Below are positions 16,979 to 25,486 of a stretch of DNA of 59,462 nt, one piece after another. The notes under the pieces are model-generated. The model was given only the letters and a program-made list of their open reading frames with translations, was not told the DNA's origin and did not search any database. The stretch is from a virus. Lineage: Duplodnaviria > Caudoviricetes. The stretch spans positions 1 to 59,462 of IMG/VR virus record IMGVR_UViG_3300042197_001662, one strand, 5' to 3'. The position numbers and the translations under genes were made by a program. Position 1 is the first letter of the stretch. Every line of letters begins with the position of its first letter.

Positions 16979-17313
16979 TGATTGACAACGATTTCCCAGT
17001 CGCTTACGAAACACCAAATCCAGCAGGTCCACGGGATGTGTACAAGCGTCCTGATGAAAGCAAAGAGAAGTATGGACCACCGCCTGAAGGTTTTCAGCGT
17101 CCTGTCCCCAGCAAGAAAGCAAAAGAATTTCTCCAGAATTATTTTGCCCAGAGGATTCCAGTGGGTGAGGATCCCATCTTCCCCATGGACCAAGAAGAGT
17201 TTAGCGATTATGTTCGTGGGCGCCTGGAGCAGCGAAAAGGGATCAATAATCCCTTACCAGAGGAAATTCGGCGTAGAATTCCAGGTATTAGAGCCCGGCT
17301 TGGCTTGGTGTAA
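16975..17313 (+). CDS. Hypothetical protein with EFLQNY motif
   Basis: ATGA-coupled to upstream gene. Confidence 0.6.
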   Translation: MMIDNDFPVAYETPNPAGPRDVYKRPDESKEKYGPPPEGFQRPVPSKKAKEFLQNYFAQRIPVGEDPIFPMDQEEFSDYVRGRLEQRKGINNPLPEEIRRRIPGIRARLGLV

Positions 17314-17315
17314 CA

Positions 17316-17501
17316 ATGCCTACACAGTTGATCCGCAAACATCTTGAGGAGTTTGCACGTTGGCTGCGTAATCAACAAGACTATTGTGATTGGTCTGTAG
17401 GCATGGAGCCGATTCCACACGATAAAACCTGGATAAAGAAAGGATGTAAGAAGAATTGCGAGTCGTGTGAATGTAAAATTGTAAATAAGACAGACAATTA
17501 G
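17316..17501 (+). CDS. Small protein with DY.DW..G.EPIP.D..W motif
   Basis: Motif shared with 28543..28869. Confidence 0.6.
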   Translation: MPTQLIRKHLEEFARWLRNQQDYCDWSVGMEPIPHDKTWIKKGCKKNCESCECKIVNKTDN

Positions 17502-17507
17502 TAGATC

Positions 17508-18518
17508 GTGGCTCAGACCAAAGCGCAATTAATTGACGGCAAGGGTGCGGTTGATTTAGGTGCCTTCAGTATTAGTGGTAGTGCTCCAGATAATTCTGTA
17601 AATCTTGACTCCAGCGGCAGGCTCTTAGTTGGTACGTCTACGAGTATTGCCGGCACAGGAGGCACCGCCGGACAGATTCAGCTACATGGAGCTTCAGGTA
17701 GCGGCGCGACACAATCCGTCAACAACTGGTCAAGTTCAGGAAGTGACCCAGCAAGGATTCTCCTTGGGAAGAGCTTAGGTGGCAGCGTTGGGACTCGTGG
17801 TGTTGTTACTTCTGGAAGTCATTTAGGTCTTATTCGCTTTGCCGGTGACGATGGCACTAATTTTATTGATGCCGCCACAATCTCAGCTTTTGTAGACGGC
17901 ACCCCTGGCGCTAACGACATGCCAGGCCGCCTAGTGTTCTCGGTGACGAGGGATGGCCAGGCATCGCCAACTGAGGCGCTCAGGATTACAAATGGTGGAG
18001 CAATTTCTTGTGGGCCGCAAGTTAGCGGTGCAGATCTTGTTGGAACAGAAGCCTGCGGTTTTGCTGCAGATGGTACTTTTGCACCCGTTTACAAAATAAA
18101 ATCTGCCTTAACTTCTAGCAAGTACGCCGCACTCTTTTTTAATGGGAATGGCCAAGTCGGCAACATTCTGATGAGCGGTTCAAGTACCGCTTACAATACC
18201 TCTTCCGACTACCGCCTCAAAGAAAACATCATTGCAGTCACTGACGGCATCACCCGCCTGCAGCAACTAAAACCAAGCCGGTTCAACTTCATCGCGGATC
18301 CCGACAAGACGGTTGACGGCTTTATTGCTCACGAAGTCCAGACCGTTGTTCCTGAAGCAATTCACGGAACCAAAGATGAAGTGGATGACGACGGCAATCC
18401 CGTCTACCAAGGCATTGACCAATCCAAGTTGGTGCCCCTGCTGACGGCTGCGCTGCAGGAAGCCATTGGTGAGATCGAAGCACTGAAGGCTCGTGTTGCT
18501 GCGCTTGAAGCGTCGTAG
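17508..18518 (+). CDS. Tail fibre protein with C-terminal peptidase S74 intramolecular chaperone; spans the junction between the two genomes
   Basis: DSSGRLLVGTS, DMPGRLVFS fibre repeats; SDYRLKENI, GFIAHEVQ.VVPEA, IDQSKLVPLLTAALQE + coiled coil. Confidence 0.9.
   Translation: MAQTKAQLIDGKGAVDLGAFSISGSAPDNSVNLDSSGRLLVGTSTSIAGTGGTAGQIQLHGASGSGATQSVNNWSSSGSDPARILLGKSLGGSVGTRGVVTSGSHLGLIRFAGDDGTNFIDAATISAFVDGTPGANDMPGRLVFSVTRDGQASPTEALRITNGGAISCGPQVSGADLVGTEACGFAADGTFAPVYKIKSALTSSKYAALFFNGNGQVGNILMSGSSTAYNTSSDYRLKENIIAVTDGITRLQQLKPSRFNFIADPDKTVDGFIAHEVQTVVPEAIHGTKDEVDDDGNPVYQGIDQSKLVPLLTAALQEAIGEIEALKARVAALEAS
17936..18062 (+). repeat. 127-nt exact direct repeat, copy 1 (copy 2 is the window end)
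   Basis: Base-for-base identical to 59336..59462; preceding base differs (T vs A). Confidence 0.97.
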
Positions 18519-18564
18519 TCCCCTTCACTACCCGCCCTGCAGCTTTTCCCCCAACCACCACCCC

Positions 18565-18744
18565 ATGACTGACACCTTCATCATCAGCGCCGAAGACAAC
18601 GACGAAGACGTGACCGATCTGGTCAAGCACGTTGCCGAACAGGTCAATGGCGTGACTGTTGAAACCAAACCGGGCGGCTCCATCAAGATGACGGGTGGCG
18701 CCAGCATCACGATGAGCGCAGACGGCGGCATCAAGATTGGCTGA
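18565..18744 (+). CDS. Small hypothetical protein
   Basis: MTDTFIISAED...GGSIKMTGGASITMSADGGIKIG. Confidence 0.55.
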   Translation: MTDTFIISAEDNDEDVTDLVKHVAEQVNGVTVETKPGGSIKMTGGASITMSADGGIKIG

Positions 18745-18795
18745 GCTTTTTAGTCTTTGACCCTAACGAACTTCTAATTTGCTCCTAATTAGGAG

Positions 18796-18984
18796 TTGCC
18801 TGTGATTTCAACCGATCCTGCAATCTGTTCAGGTCAACCTGTTTTTACTGGCACCCGCGTGCTGGTTTCCTGTGTTGTTGAACGATTGAGAGCTGGGCAT
18901 CCTTTGCCCGAATTGCAGGCGGATTACCCAACGCTTAGTGCTGAGGCGCTTGCCACTGCAATTAAACTTGCCGTACAGCCTTAA
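18796..18984 (+). CDS. DUF433-family (VapB45-like antitoxin) protein, orphan
   Basis: ISTDPAICSGQPVFTGTRVLV......L..G....EL..DYPTLS.E. Confidence 0.8.
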   Translation: MPVISTDPAICSGQPVFTGTRVLVSCVVERLRAGHPLPELQADYPTLSAEALATAIKLAVQP

Positions 18985-18989
18985 TCCTC

Positions 18990-19331
18990 ATGGCAAAAGC
19001 CGCTGAACAAGTCCCAGGCGTTGATTTTCCCTTCACCAACTGGGACATCGCCAACATGGAGCGCACCATCGCTGATGGCGTGGTCTATACCGTCCACTAC
19101 ACCGTGACGCGGTTTGAGGATGGCGAACAGGCTGGCGCCTACGGGTCAATTGGTCTGGAACCGCCAGAAGCCGATCAACTCATCCCGTATGCCGACCTCG
19201 ATAAGGCGACCGTGGTGGGCTGGGTGAAAGCTAATTTTGGCGATGAAAAGGTGGCCGAGATCGAAGCTGCCCTGTCCACCGCCATCCAAGAAAAACTGCA
19301 CCCCACTAAAACCAACGGGGTGCCCTGGTAA
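18990..19331 (+). CDS. Conserved fibre-associated phage protein
   Basis: W.IANMER..ADG.V.TVHY..IPYADL....V.GWVK...GVPW; downstream of fibre. Confidence 0.65.
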   Translation: MAKAAEQVPGVDFPFTNWDIANMERTIADGVVYTVHYTVTRFEDGEQAGAYGSIGLEPPEADQLIPYADLDKATVVGWVKANFGDEKVAEIEAALSTAIQEKLHPTKTNGVPW

Positions 19332-19468
19332 TGGCGGTCAAATCCAAAGTAGGAACCGCTCGCGTCCAACACGTCCCAGGTAAGCCGAAACGCACTCGTC
19401 AAGGACAGGGGCAACATTCCCTGCCTAATCACGGGCGCAAAAAGATGCGCGGCCAAGGTAAGGGCTGA
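19331..19468 (+). CDS. Small basic protein (below ORF-track cutoff)
   Basis: MAVKSK..GKPKRTRQGQGQHS..RKKMRGQGKG*, coupled at both ends. Confidence 0.6.
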   Translation: MAVKSKVGTARVQHVPGKPKRTRQGQGQHSLPNHGRKKMRGQGKG

Positions 19469-19725
19469 TGCCCAGCTGGCTCTGGCGCTCCATCGTCGCC
19501 ACGTCCCTGGCGATAACGGTGGTCGCCACAACCCAGTGGGCATCCTGCCGTTTCTACATCCTGCCCAAAGTTGTGTGGCCCTGGTATGCCAAGTGGGTCG
19601 GCACACCCCAAGGCGGAATGATCGACCCAACACCCATGGGCTGCAACGACACAGATTCGCGTACCATCACAGTCTTGATGGGAGTTCTTACAACTTTGAT
19701 TAGCCTTAGTAGGAAAGCAGAATGA
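19468..19725 (+). CDS. Two-TM membrane protein
   Basis: Hydrophobic ends, paired Cys. Confidence 0.6.
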   Translation: MPSWLWRSIVATSLAITVVATTQWASCRFYILPKVVWPWYAKWVGTPQGGMIDPTPMGCNDTDSRTITVLMGVLTTLISLSRKAE

Positions 19726-19729
19726 AAAA

Positions 19730-19879
19730 GTGGACGATCGAATTAAAGAGAACTGGCGCAAGGTAAAAGATGCGCTTGAAACTGCCGGTAAAACCGATAG
19801 TTTCTTCTACCGTCGCGCCGCCGCAATCCTAAAAACTGGGCGCGACCCGGACGATCCTCCGGCACCGAATAAGATATAA
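19730..19879 (+). CDS. Small hypothetical protein (below ORF-track cutoff)
   Basis: MDDRIKENWRKVKDALETAGKTDSFFYRRA... Confidence 0.55.
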   Translation: MDDRIKENWRKVKDALETAGKTDSFFYRRAAAILKTGRDPDDPPAPNKI

Positions 19880-19897
19880 AAAGATCCGTTGGGACCC

Positions 19898-20140
19898 GTG
19901 GCTGAAACCCCGTCAGGCAACAGTTTTTGGCGGGGCGTCAAGCAAGAAGCCACAGCCGGCCTCCTGGTACTTCTTGCCGGCGGCGCAATCACTGGCATCG
20001 GCTTCTTGGTTTACACAGTTCCAGCAAAACTCGACCACGTAATTCAAAACCAAGAAACCTTCAAAACTCGCGTTGGTGAGCTGGAAGACTCCGTTAAAGA
20101 TCACGATGTTCGTATCATCAAACTAGAAATGCGCCGCTGA
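19898..20140 (+). CDS. TM plus coiled-coil protein
   Basis: TM AGLLVLLAGGAITGIGFLVY then heptads. Confidence 0.6.
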   Translation: MAETPSGNSFWRGVKQEATAGLLVLLAGGAITGIGFLVYTVPAKLDHVIQNQETFKTRVGELEDSVKDHDVRIIKLEMRR

Positions 20141-20325
20141 TGCCCGTCATCCATTCCACTGACCATGGCAACGGCTTCACGCTGGATCAACTAGAGAACG
20201 AACGCGGCGAACTGTATTACCGCGCCTGCAAAGACAGCATCTGCCGCTACGCCGAAGACCAATACATCGCGGTGATGTATCTCGAAGGAATGGGCTGGGA
20301 CCCTAAGCAACAAGACCCCCAGTAA
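20140..20325 (+). CDS. Small Cys-containing protein, homologue of 15822..16028
   Basis: GELYYRACKDSICRYAED. Confidence 0.6.
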   Translation: MPVIHSTDHGNGFTLDQLENERGELYYRACKDSICRYAEDQYIAVMYLEGMGWDPKQQDPQ

Positions 20326-20623
20326 TCCAAAAAACAATTTGATCTTCCCGCTCGGGCGTCCAAAACGGCTGGCGCCTGTACCACTCCAGCCAATCCTCGG
20401 ACGACTTGCCAATATTGCAAGCGAAGCAGCACGCCACCAAATTCCACTGGTGCGTAAGCCCTCCTTTCATCTTCGGATGCACGTGATCCAGCGTGGGATT
20501 CCGGTGCAGATCATCTCCGCAATATGCACACCGGTTATCCCATTCGCTGAGGATTGATTGCCTAAACCTTAACTTTGCCTCTTTTTTGTTTAAGTATTCG
20601 CCATCCTCGATGCGATGGTCCAT
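20303..20623 (-). CDS. HNH endonuclease
   Basis: CAYCG..TLDHVHPK.KGGLT...NLVACCFACN..K; same family as 5596..6006. Confidence 0.85.
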   Translation of the reverse strand: MDHRIEDGEYLNKKEAKLRFRQSILSEWDNRCAYCGDDLHRNPTLDHVHPKMKGGLTHQWNLVACCFACNIGKSSEDWLEWYRRQPFWTPEREDQIVFWITGGLVA

Positions 20624-20722
20624 ACCGTGCAGTGGCTACTGGAACGGTAGCGGTAGAAACTATTACGTGCTCTAGACGTCTTCTCTACTACAGCTAAACT
20701 TTAGAAAAGCCTTCGCTTTTTT

Positions 20723-20863
20723 ATGACCGACCAACAAATCGCCATTATTGCCATCATCGTTGCCGCCGGTAGCGAACTGATCGGCATGAGCAAACTGCGC
20801 TCCAACAGCTGGATTCAGCTGGTGCTGCAGGCGCTCCGTCTTATGTTCCCCAAGCGCCGCTGA
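20723..20863 (+). CDS. Putative holin (46 aa, below ORF-track cutoff)
   Basis: MTDQQIAIIAIIVAAGSELIGMSKLRSNSWIQLVLQALRLMFPKRR*, just upstream of the lysin. Confidence 0.6.
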   Translation: MTDQQIAIIAIIVAAGSELIGMSKLRSNSWIQLVLQALRLMFPKRR

Positions 20864-20880
20864 GCCTGGAGGGCCTTGTC

Positions 20881-22008
20881 ATGGCAACCAATAAGATCCG
20901 TCTCCACGACCTCTTCCGCTTTTACAAGGCCCTTCCCCACCAGACCGCTGCCATCAGCGAACTGGAAGCTCTGATCAATAAGACCAATCCGCATATCCTC
21001 GGCCGCGACCAGGGCTGGTTCAAAACCTGGAGTGTGGCCGGCAAACAAACCACCTTTCCCAATACCTGGGAAGGCATGATCGAGGCCGCCCGAGTTGCTG
21101 GTGCAAAGTTCCCCGAACTCGTGGCCGCCCAATGGGCACTGGAATCCAACCACGGAAAGTTGGTTTCAGGCCGCAACAACTTTTTTGGCCTTAAGGGTGA
21201 AGGTAGCGCCACCAAAACGCAGGAATTTATCAACGGCCAGTGGGTCACCATCACTGACAGCTTCATCGACTTCCCCGATGTGCTGGCGTGTGTGATGTAC
21301 CTTGTCGACCACTGGTACAAGGACTACAAGCAATACAAGGGCTGCAATAACGCCGGCACCCGTGATGACGCCGCCCGCTGGCTCGTCAAAGAAGGTTATG
21401 CCACCGACCCCACCTACGCCGAAAAACTGATCGTGCTGATGAACCAGCACAGCGGTCTGACGCCCACACCAAAACCGAAAGAACGAATCCTCAAAGTCCC
21501 CTACGAATACCAACTGGGACCTGACGATGGCGCCCAAGGGTATCGCCAGTGTTTCAGCTCCAGTTGCGCGATGGTCGCCCGCTACTACGGCAAGATCTCC
21601 GGCGATTACGAGTACAACAAACTCCGCGCCCGTTTCGGTGATACCACCGACCCCAAAGCACAAATCGCCGCCCTCAAAGCACTGGGACTATCAGCCACCT
21701 TTGAGATGGACGGCACCATCGAAGAACTGGAGAGTGAAATCACCCACGGCTACCCCATGCCCTGCGGCTGGTTACACAAAGGCCCCGTCTCCAATCCAAC
21801 CGGCACCGGCCACTGGAGCGTCGTGGTGGGATTCACGCCAACCCACGTCATCATGAACGACCCCTTCGGGGAGGCAAACCTTGCTGCCGGCGGCTACGTC
21901 AGCAACAAGGGTGGGGCCGGCGTGGCTTACTCACGTAAAAACTGGCTGCCCCGCTGGCTGATCGAAGGAAACGATACCGGCTGGTTCATGAAAATCCGCC
22001 CCAGGTAA
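20881..22008 (+). CDS. Endolysin: GH73 glucosaminidase plus C39-like peptidase
   Basis: AAQWALES, NNFFGLKG, GYATDPTYAEKL (GH73); CFSSSCAM, GHW, NDPFG (C39). Confidence 0.9.
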   Translation: MATNKIRLHDLFRFYKALPHQTAAISELEALINKTNPHILGRDQGWFKTWSVAGKQTTFPNTWEGMIEAARVAGAKFPELVAAQWALESNHGKLVSGRNNFFGLKGEGSATKTQEFINGQWVTITDSFIDFPDVLACVMYLVDHWYKDYKQYKGCNNAGTRDDAARWLVKEGYATDPTYAEKLIVLMNQHSGLTPTPKPKERILKVPYEYQLGPDDGAQGYRQCFSSSCAMVARYYGKISGDYEYNKLRARFGDTTDPKAQIAALKALGLSATFEMDGTIEELESEITHGYPMPCGWLHKGPVSNPTGTGHWSVVVGFTPTHVIMNDPFGEANLAAGGYVSNKGGAGVAYSRKNWLPRWLIEGNDTGWFMKIRPR

Positions 22009-22010
22009 CT

Positions 22011-22232
22011 ATGCGCCCCATCGAACACAGCACCGAGTCGTCCTTCCACAAGGCCGCCACCGACCAGTGGCTGATCGACCGTTTCAACTCGGGCGACTAC
22101 CGTGGCCTCCTCGAAGCTGCCCTGGTACTCAACACTCTCCATCAGCTGGAGAAAACAAAGGCCAACTGGGCAATCCGCGAAGCAGCGGACAACCTAGCTG
22201 GCCAATTCGGCATGGACCGCGACTCGGCTTAG
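22011..22232 (+). CDS. Small helical protein, possibly remote NblA-like
   Basis: 73 aa helix-loop-helix pattern with STESSF; weak resemblance only. Confidence 0.5.
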   Translation: MRPIEHSTESSFHKAATDQWLIDRFNSGDYRGLLEAALVLNTLHQLEKTKANWAIREAADNLAGQFGMDRDSA

Positions 22233-22411
22233 TCGCCCTGCTCCAGCTGCTGGATATACCCCTGGTATAGACCGGTATAGAGCGAGTGGAACGGATGCTC
22301 GGGCTTATCCCGGCCATCTTGTACATAAAGCTTGTCCAAGAAGTCGGAGCGCATCTGATCGACGCAAACCCGCGCCCAAGCCTGCGTCGCCCAATCAGCT
22401 GGTGTGCTCAT
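22229..22411 (-). CDS. Small protein with GR..LYTGL motif
   Basis: LYVQDGRD..HSLYTGLY. Confidence 0.6.
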   Translation of the reverse strand: MSTPADWATQAWARVCVDQMRSDFLDKLYVQDGRDKPEHPFHSLYTGLYQGYIQQLEQGD

Positions 22412-22649
22412 CCTGCTTTTTCTCCACGAGTTTGAGTCGCCGATTCCGTTCTTCCCTGGGACCGGCGTGCGACCGCGCCAGCCTAGGCTTCACCGCCGGA
22501 ATCGGCGGCACCTCCACCATGCAATTCGGGTAAAGATTCCTTGCCGCCTGGAGCGCGTGATTCAACGACAACCCCTTGAACAAATCTCGCTTGGCACCCC
22601 TACCGGGCATCCACACGGTCAGTTCGTAGGACTTCAACTGGGACGTCAT
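22395..22649 (-). CDS. Hypothetical protein
   Basis: 84 aa, coupled operon. Confidence 0.55.
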   Translation of the reverse strand: MTSQLKSYELTVWMPGRGAKRDLFKGLSLNHALQAARNLYPNCMVEVPPIPAVKPRLARSHAGPREERNRRLKLVEKKQDEHTS

Positions 22650-22861
22650 TTCCAGGACCGTGGATAGGCGGGTTCTTCAATGCTATGAACAGCAACAATG
22701 CTGTCAGTACACAGAGCAACAACTTTTGCCGCCTCCACCGCCCTCTCGTAGGTGACCCAGCTGGAGGCATCTTCTTTGGTTGTCGTGTAGCCAATTCCGT
22801 TACCTGGACCGTAAACCGCTGTGACCCAACGATCCCCGGCCATAACCACATAACGCGTCAT
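22646..22861 (-). CDS. Hypothetical protein
   Basis: 71 aa, coupled operon. Confidence 0.55.
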   Translation of the reverse strand: MTRYVVMAGDRWVTAVYGPGNGIGYTTTKEDASSWVTYERAVEAAKVVALCTDSIVAVHSIEEPAYPRSWK

Positions 22862-22939
22862 CGGTAATCAAAAAATTACTATGTAAGCCTAGTGACTCTA
22901 CCGCACCAGCATCAGACTGTGACGACTTATCACTGCGTC

Positions 22940-23215
22940 TTATGCGTCTTGATCTGATCCTGTTTCTTCTTGCTTGGAGCGCATCCTTCCCTGCACCCGC
23001 CGCTGCACCGACTCAGCCCACGCAGCTTTATCTGCTGCCTCCGCCGCCTTGTAATCCGACGCCGGCAACGCTTTTTCCAACGCCGTATAAACCATCTCCC
23101 GCAACAACCCGGTCACACGCTTGCCTTCACTGGCAGCCAATTTTTCCGCCAGCTTGTACCGATGGCTGTCCAACAACAGCTGGCAATAAATCTTCGAACC
23201 GTGCTGGAGCGGCAT
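22940..23215 (-). CDS. Ribbon-helix-helix-like DNA-binding protein
   Basis: beta (IYCQLLLD) - helix - G.R - helix (VTGLLREMV) layout. Confidence 0.5.
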   Translation of the reverse strand: MPLQHGSKIYCQLLLDSHRYKLAEKLAASEGKRVTGLLREMVYTALEKALPASDYKAAEAADKAAWAESVQRRVQGRMRSKQEETGSDQDA

Positions 23216-23258
23216 GGCTAGCGGTCTAGTCTCCTACACAATACCATACTGAGACACA

Positions 23259-23474
23259 CTAGACGCCCCAGCGCACATCATCGTCCACCTTTTTCCGCCA
23301 CGAATTGGACTGAGCAAACCTCGCCCCATTCCTCTTCTGCCTGGAACCCCCACGAATTTGCCTGGCCCACTCCAAAAAAGCCGCCATCCGATGCAAATCC
23401 GCCGTCTTCGCCTGGCGCACCTCCCGCATCAACCACTCCATTACCAATTCGCGGCCAGTGCGGGCTGGACTCAT
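23259..23474 (-). CDS. Small basic hypothetical protein
   Basis: ATG 23474 coupled to the upstream stop. Confidence 0.55.
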   Translation of the reverse strand: MSPARTGRELVMEWLMREVRQAKTADLHRMAAFLEWARQIRGGSRQKRNGARFAQSNSWRKKVDDDVRWGV

Positions 23475-23641
23475 AAGACGCAATCTGAGACTCGCATGAT
23501 GGACTGGATCATGCAGCCAGGGTATTCATGCCGCACCATCTGCTGGGCATGGAACGCATCTGGCGCCACGACAAAGACGTCGAGCATCGGGCCGTGAAGG
23601 CGATACATCCTGACCCGATACTCAAAGTCTTGGCGCGTCAC
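23471..23641 (-). CDS. Small hypothetical protein (below ORF-track cutoff)
   Basis: GTGA overlap with the polA stop; MTRQDFEYRVRMYRLHG..VVAPDAFHA.. Confidence 0.5.
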   Translation of the reverse strand: MTRQDFEYRVRMYRLHGPMLDVFVVAPDAFHAQQMVRHEYPGCMIQSIMRVSDCVL

Positions 23642-25464
23642 TTTGCTTGATCCCAGCTCAATCCGACCTTAGCCTCGGCCAGCGGCGGAATATCTCCAAG
23701 CCAGCGAGCCTCACATTCTTCCATGATTGTTTGCAGCTGAAGCGCCCAAGTTTCAGCGTGTTCTTCTACGACGAGCAAGATGATCTCGTCATGCACCACG
23801 CCGGCCAAGCGCACGATGTCCTCCCCGTCTGCTCTAAGGAGCGGCCACAACTTGCTGAGCGTAAGTTTGAGCACGGCGGCACCAGCTCCCTGGATGGGAG
23901 TGTTGCAACGAGTGGTGAGTTTGTTGTTCTCGCCCGGAAGAAACCGCCGGAGCCCCGATATGCGGATGTTGATAGATGGATTGTTCGTAGCCGCATCAGC
24001 AGCGCGAGCATTTTTGTACTGCCAATCGTGGATCCCCGTATAAGCAGCGTGGAACTTTTCCCGCACTTCTTTCGCCTCATCAATATCCATCTGGATTCCC
24101 ATTGTTGCTGCATAGTTTCTGAGTCCTTTTGCACCGCTTCCGTATAACAAACCGAAGTTGGCCGACTTTGCAATCTGCCGCTGTTCCTTCGTAACCTCAT
24201 CCTCGGCAACCCCGTAGATCTGCATCGCCGTAATCGTATGCAGGTCTTTCCCCTGCTGGAACGCCTGAGTCATAAGCGGGTCTTGAGCTTCGGCAGCCGC
24301 CAGCCGCATCTCCATCCCGCCGTAGTCCGCTACAACCAGTCGCCAACCAGCTGGAGCCTGCACGCACGCCCTAAACCGCTGATCCCGTGGAATCTGTTGC
24401 AAGTTGGGACTCATGCAACTCATCCGCCCAGTATCAGCCCCCATCTGCAAATAACTGGCACGAATAAAGCCATCTTTCGACAAATTCTTTAACAAAGTCT
24501 CCGCCATCTGCCGCCGCTTTTCTACACGCTTCCACCGCAAATAATCAGCAATAACTTTATGTTCCGCCACATACTCTTGGAGCGCAGCCTTACTTGCACT
24601 TTTCTTTTCCGTCTTTGGATCAATCGGCGGTTCACCCAACAACGCGGTGAACTTCTTGAGCAACTGCACCGGACTATTTAAGTTAAAAATCTCGGCGTCA
24701 ATCTTTTTACCTTTCGCTCCAGGCTTTGTCTGGTACAGCAGTTTCCCGTCCAACCCGCGACACAGTTTGGCGCCTTCGGGCAGTGCAGCATCAAAGTCCT
24801 CGATGAACTTCTCGCCGATCTCGTGGTGCTCGATGTCGAGGTCTTCGATTAGTTGAATAAGGGAATCCTTATTAAAGGGAAGGCCGGTTCGCCATAATTG
24901 CGCCATCGCCGGCAATGCCTTGCACTCCAGCTGCCACGCCGGATAGAGACCACCAGTAGCCATCCGCTGTGCGACCTGCCGCTCCAGCTCGGTCAATACC
25001 ACCACATCCTTGGCGGCATAGGCCATTTGGCTCTCGGTGAGATCACCCGACCAATCACTCTTCTGCTCCTCCTTGGAGATCTCCTCCTTGAGATACCGCT
25101 TCACCACATGCTGGAGGCCGTGCTTGACGTTGGCCAAACCGTTGGTGAGCACCCGGCTGGCGAGCATGGTGCACAAGATCGTGCCAGCGGGATAGATCTC
25201 ATATTCCTGGAGCCAACCCAGATCAAACACCGCGTTGTGCGCGATCCAAGTGCGCTCGGTCTCAAAGAACTGCTCCAGCTCAATCCAATCGTTGGTCTCA
25301 AGCTGGAAGCAGTCGATCACAACGGGCGCCTGCCCCAGCGTGCACAACTGCAATAACCGTAACCCGCCAAATGTCGGCTGGAGCCCAGTCGTCTCCACGT
25401 CAAACGCAACCGTTTTCGCCCCCTCCAGAGTGGAGAGGTGCTCGATGCCAAAAAGGATTTCCAT
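23638..25464 (-). CDS. polA: Family A DNA polymerase with 3'-5' exonuclease domain
   Basis: FDVETTGL, HNAVFD, YAAKD exo motifs; TGRMS..PNLQQIP, ADYGGMEMR, RQIAKSANFGLLYG, QGAGA, VHDE. Confidence 0.95.
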   Translation of the reverse strand: MEILFGIEHLSTLEGAKTVAFDVETTGLQPTFGGLRLLQLCTLGQAPVVIDCFQLETNDWIELEQFFETERTWIAHNAVFDLGWLQEYEIYPAGTILCTMLASRVLTNGLANVKHGLQHVVKRYLKEEISKEEQKSDWSGDLTESQMAYAAKDVVVLTELERQVAQRMATGGLYPAWQLECKALPAMAQLWRTGLPFNKDSLIQLIEDLDIEHHEIGEKFIEDFDAALPEGAKLCRGLDGKLLYQTKPGAKGKKIDAEIFNLNSPVQLLKKFTALLGEPPIDPKTEKKSASKAALQEYVAEHKVIADYLRWKRVEKRRQMAETLLKNLSKDGFIRASYLQMGADTGRMSCMSPNLQQIPRDQRFRACVQAPAGWRLVVADYGGMEMRLAAAEAQDPLMTQAFQQGKDLHTITAMQIYGVAEDEVTKEQRQIAKSANFGLLYGSGAKGLRNYAATMGIQMDIDEAKEVREKFHAAYTGIHDWQYKNARAADAATNNPSINIRISGLRRFLPGENNKLTTRCNTPIQGAGAAVLKLTLSKLWPLLRADGEDIVRLAGVVHDEIILLVVEEHAETWALQLQTIMEECEARWLGDIPPLAEAKVGLSWDQAK

Positions 25465-25486
25465 GCCTGGTAGGGCTTGTACTCTC

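Noticed and set aside
17936-18062. 127-nt repeat as attL/attR or a terminal repeat
   Set aside because: No integrase found; the repeat is mid-gene, stops exactly at the window end and equals a common assembler k-mer length
17508-18518. Diversity-generating retroelement TR/VR pair in the fibres
   Set aside because: Copies are identical with no adenine-specific mismatches, and no reverse transcriptase is present
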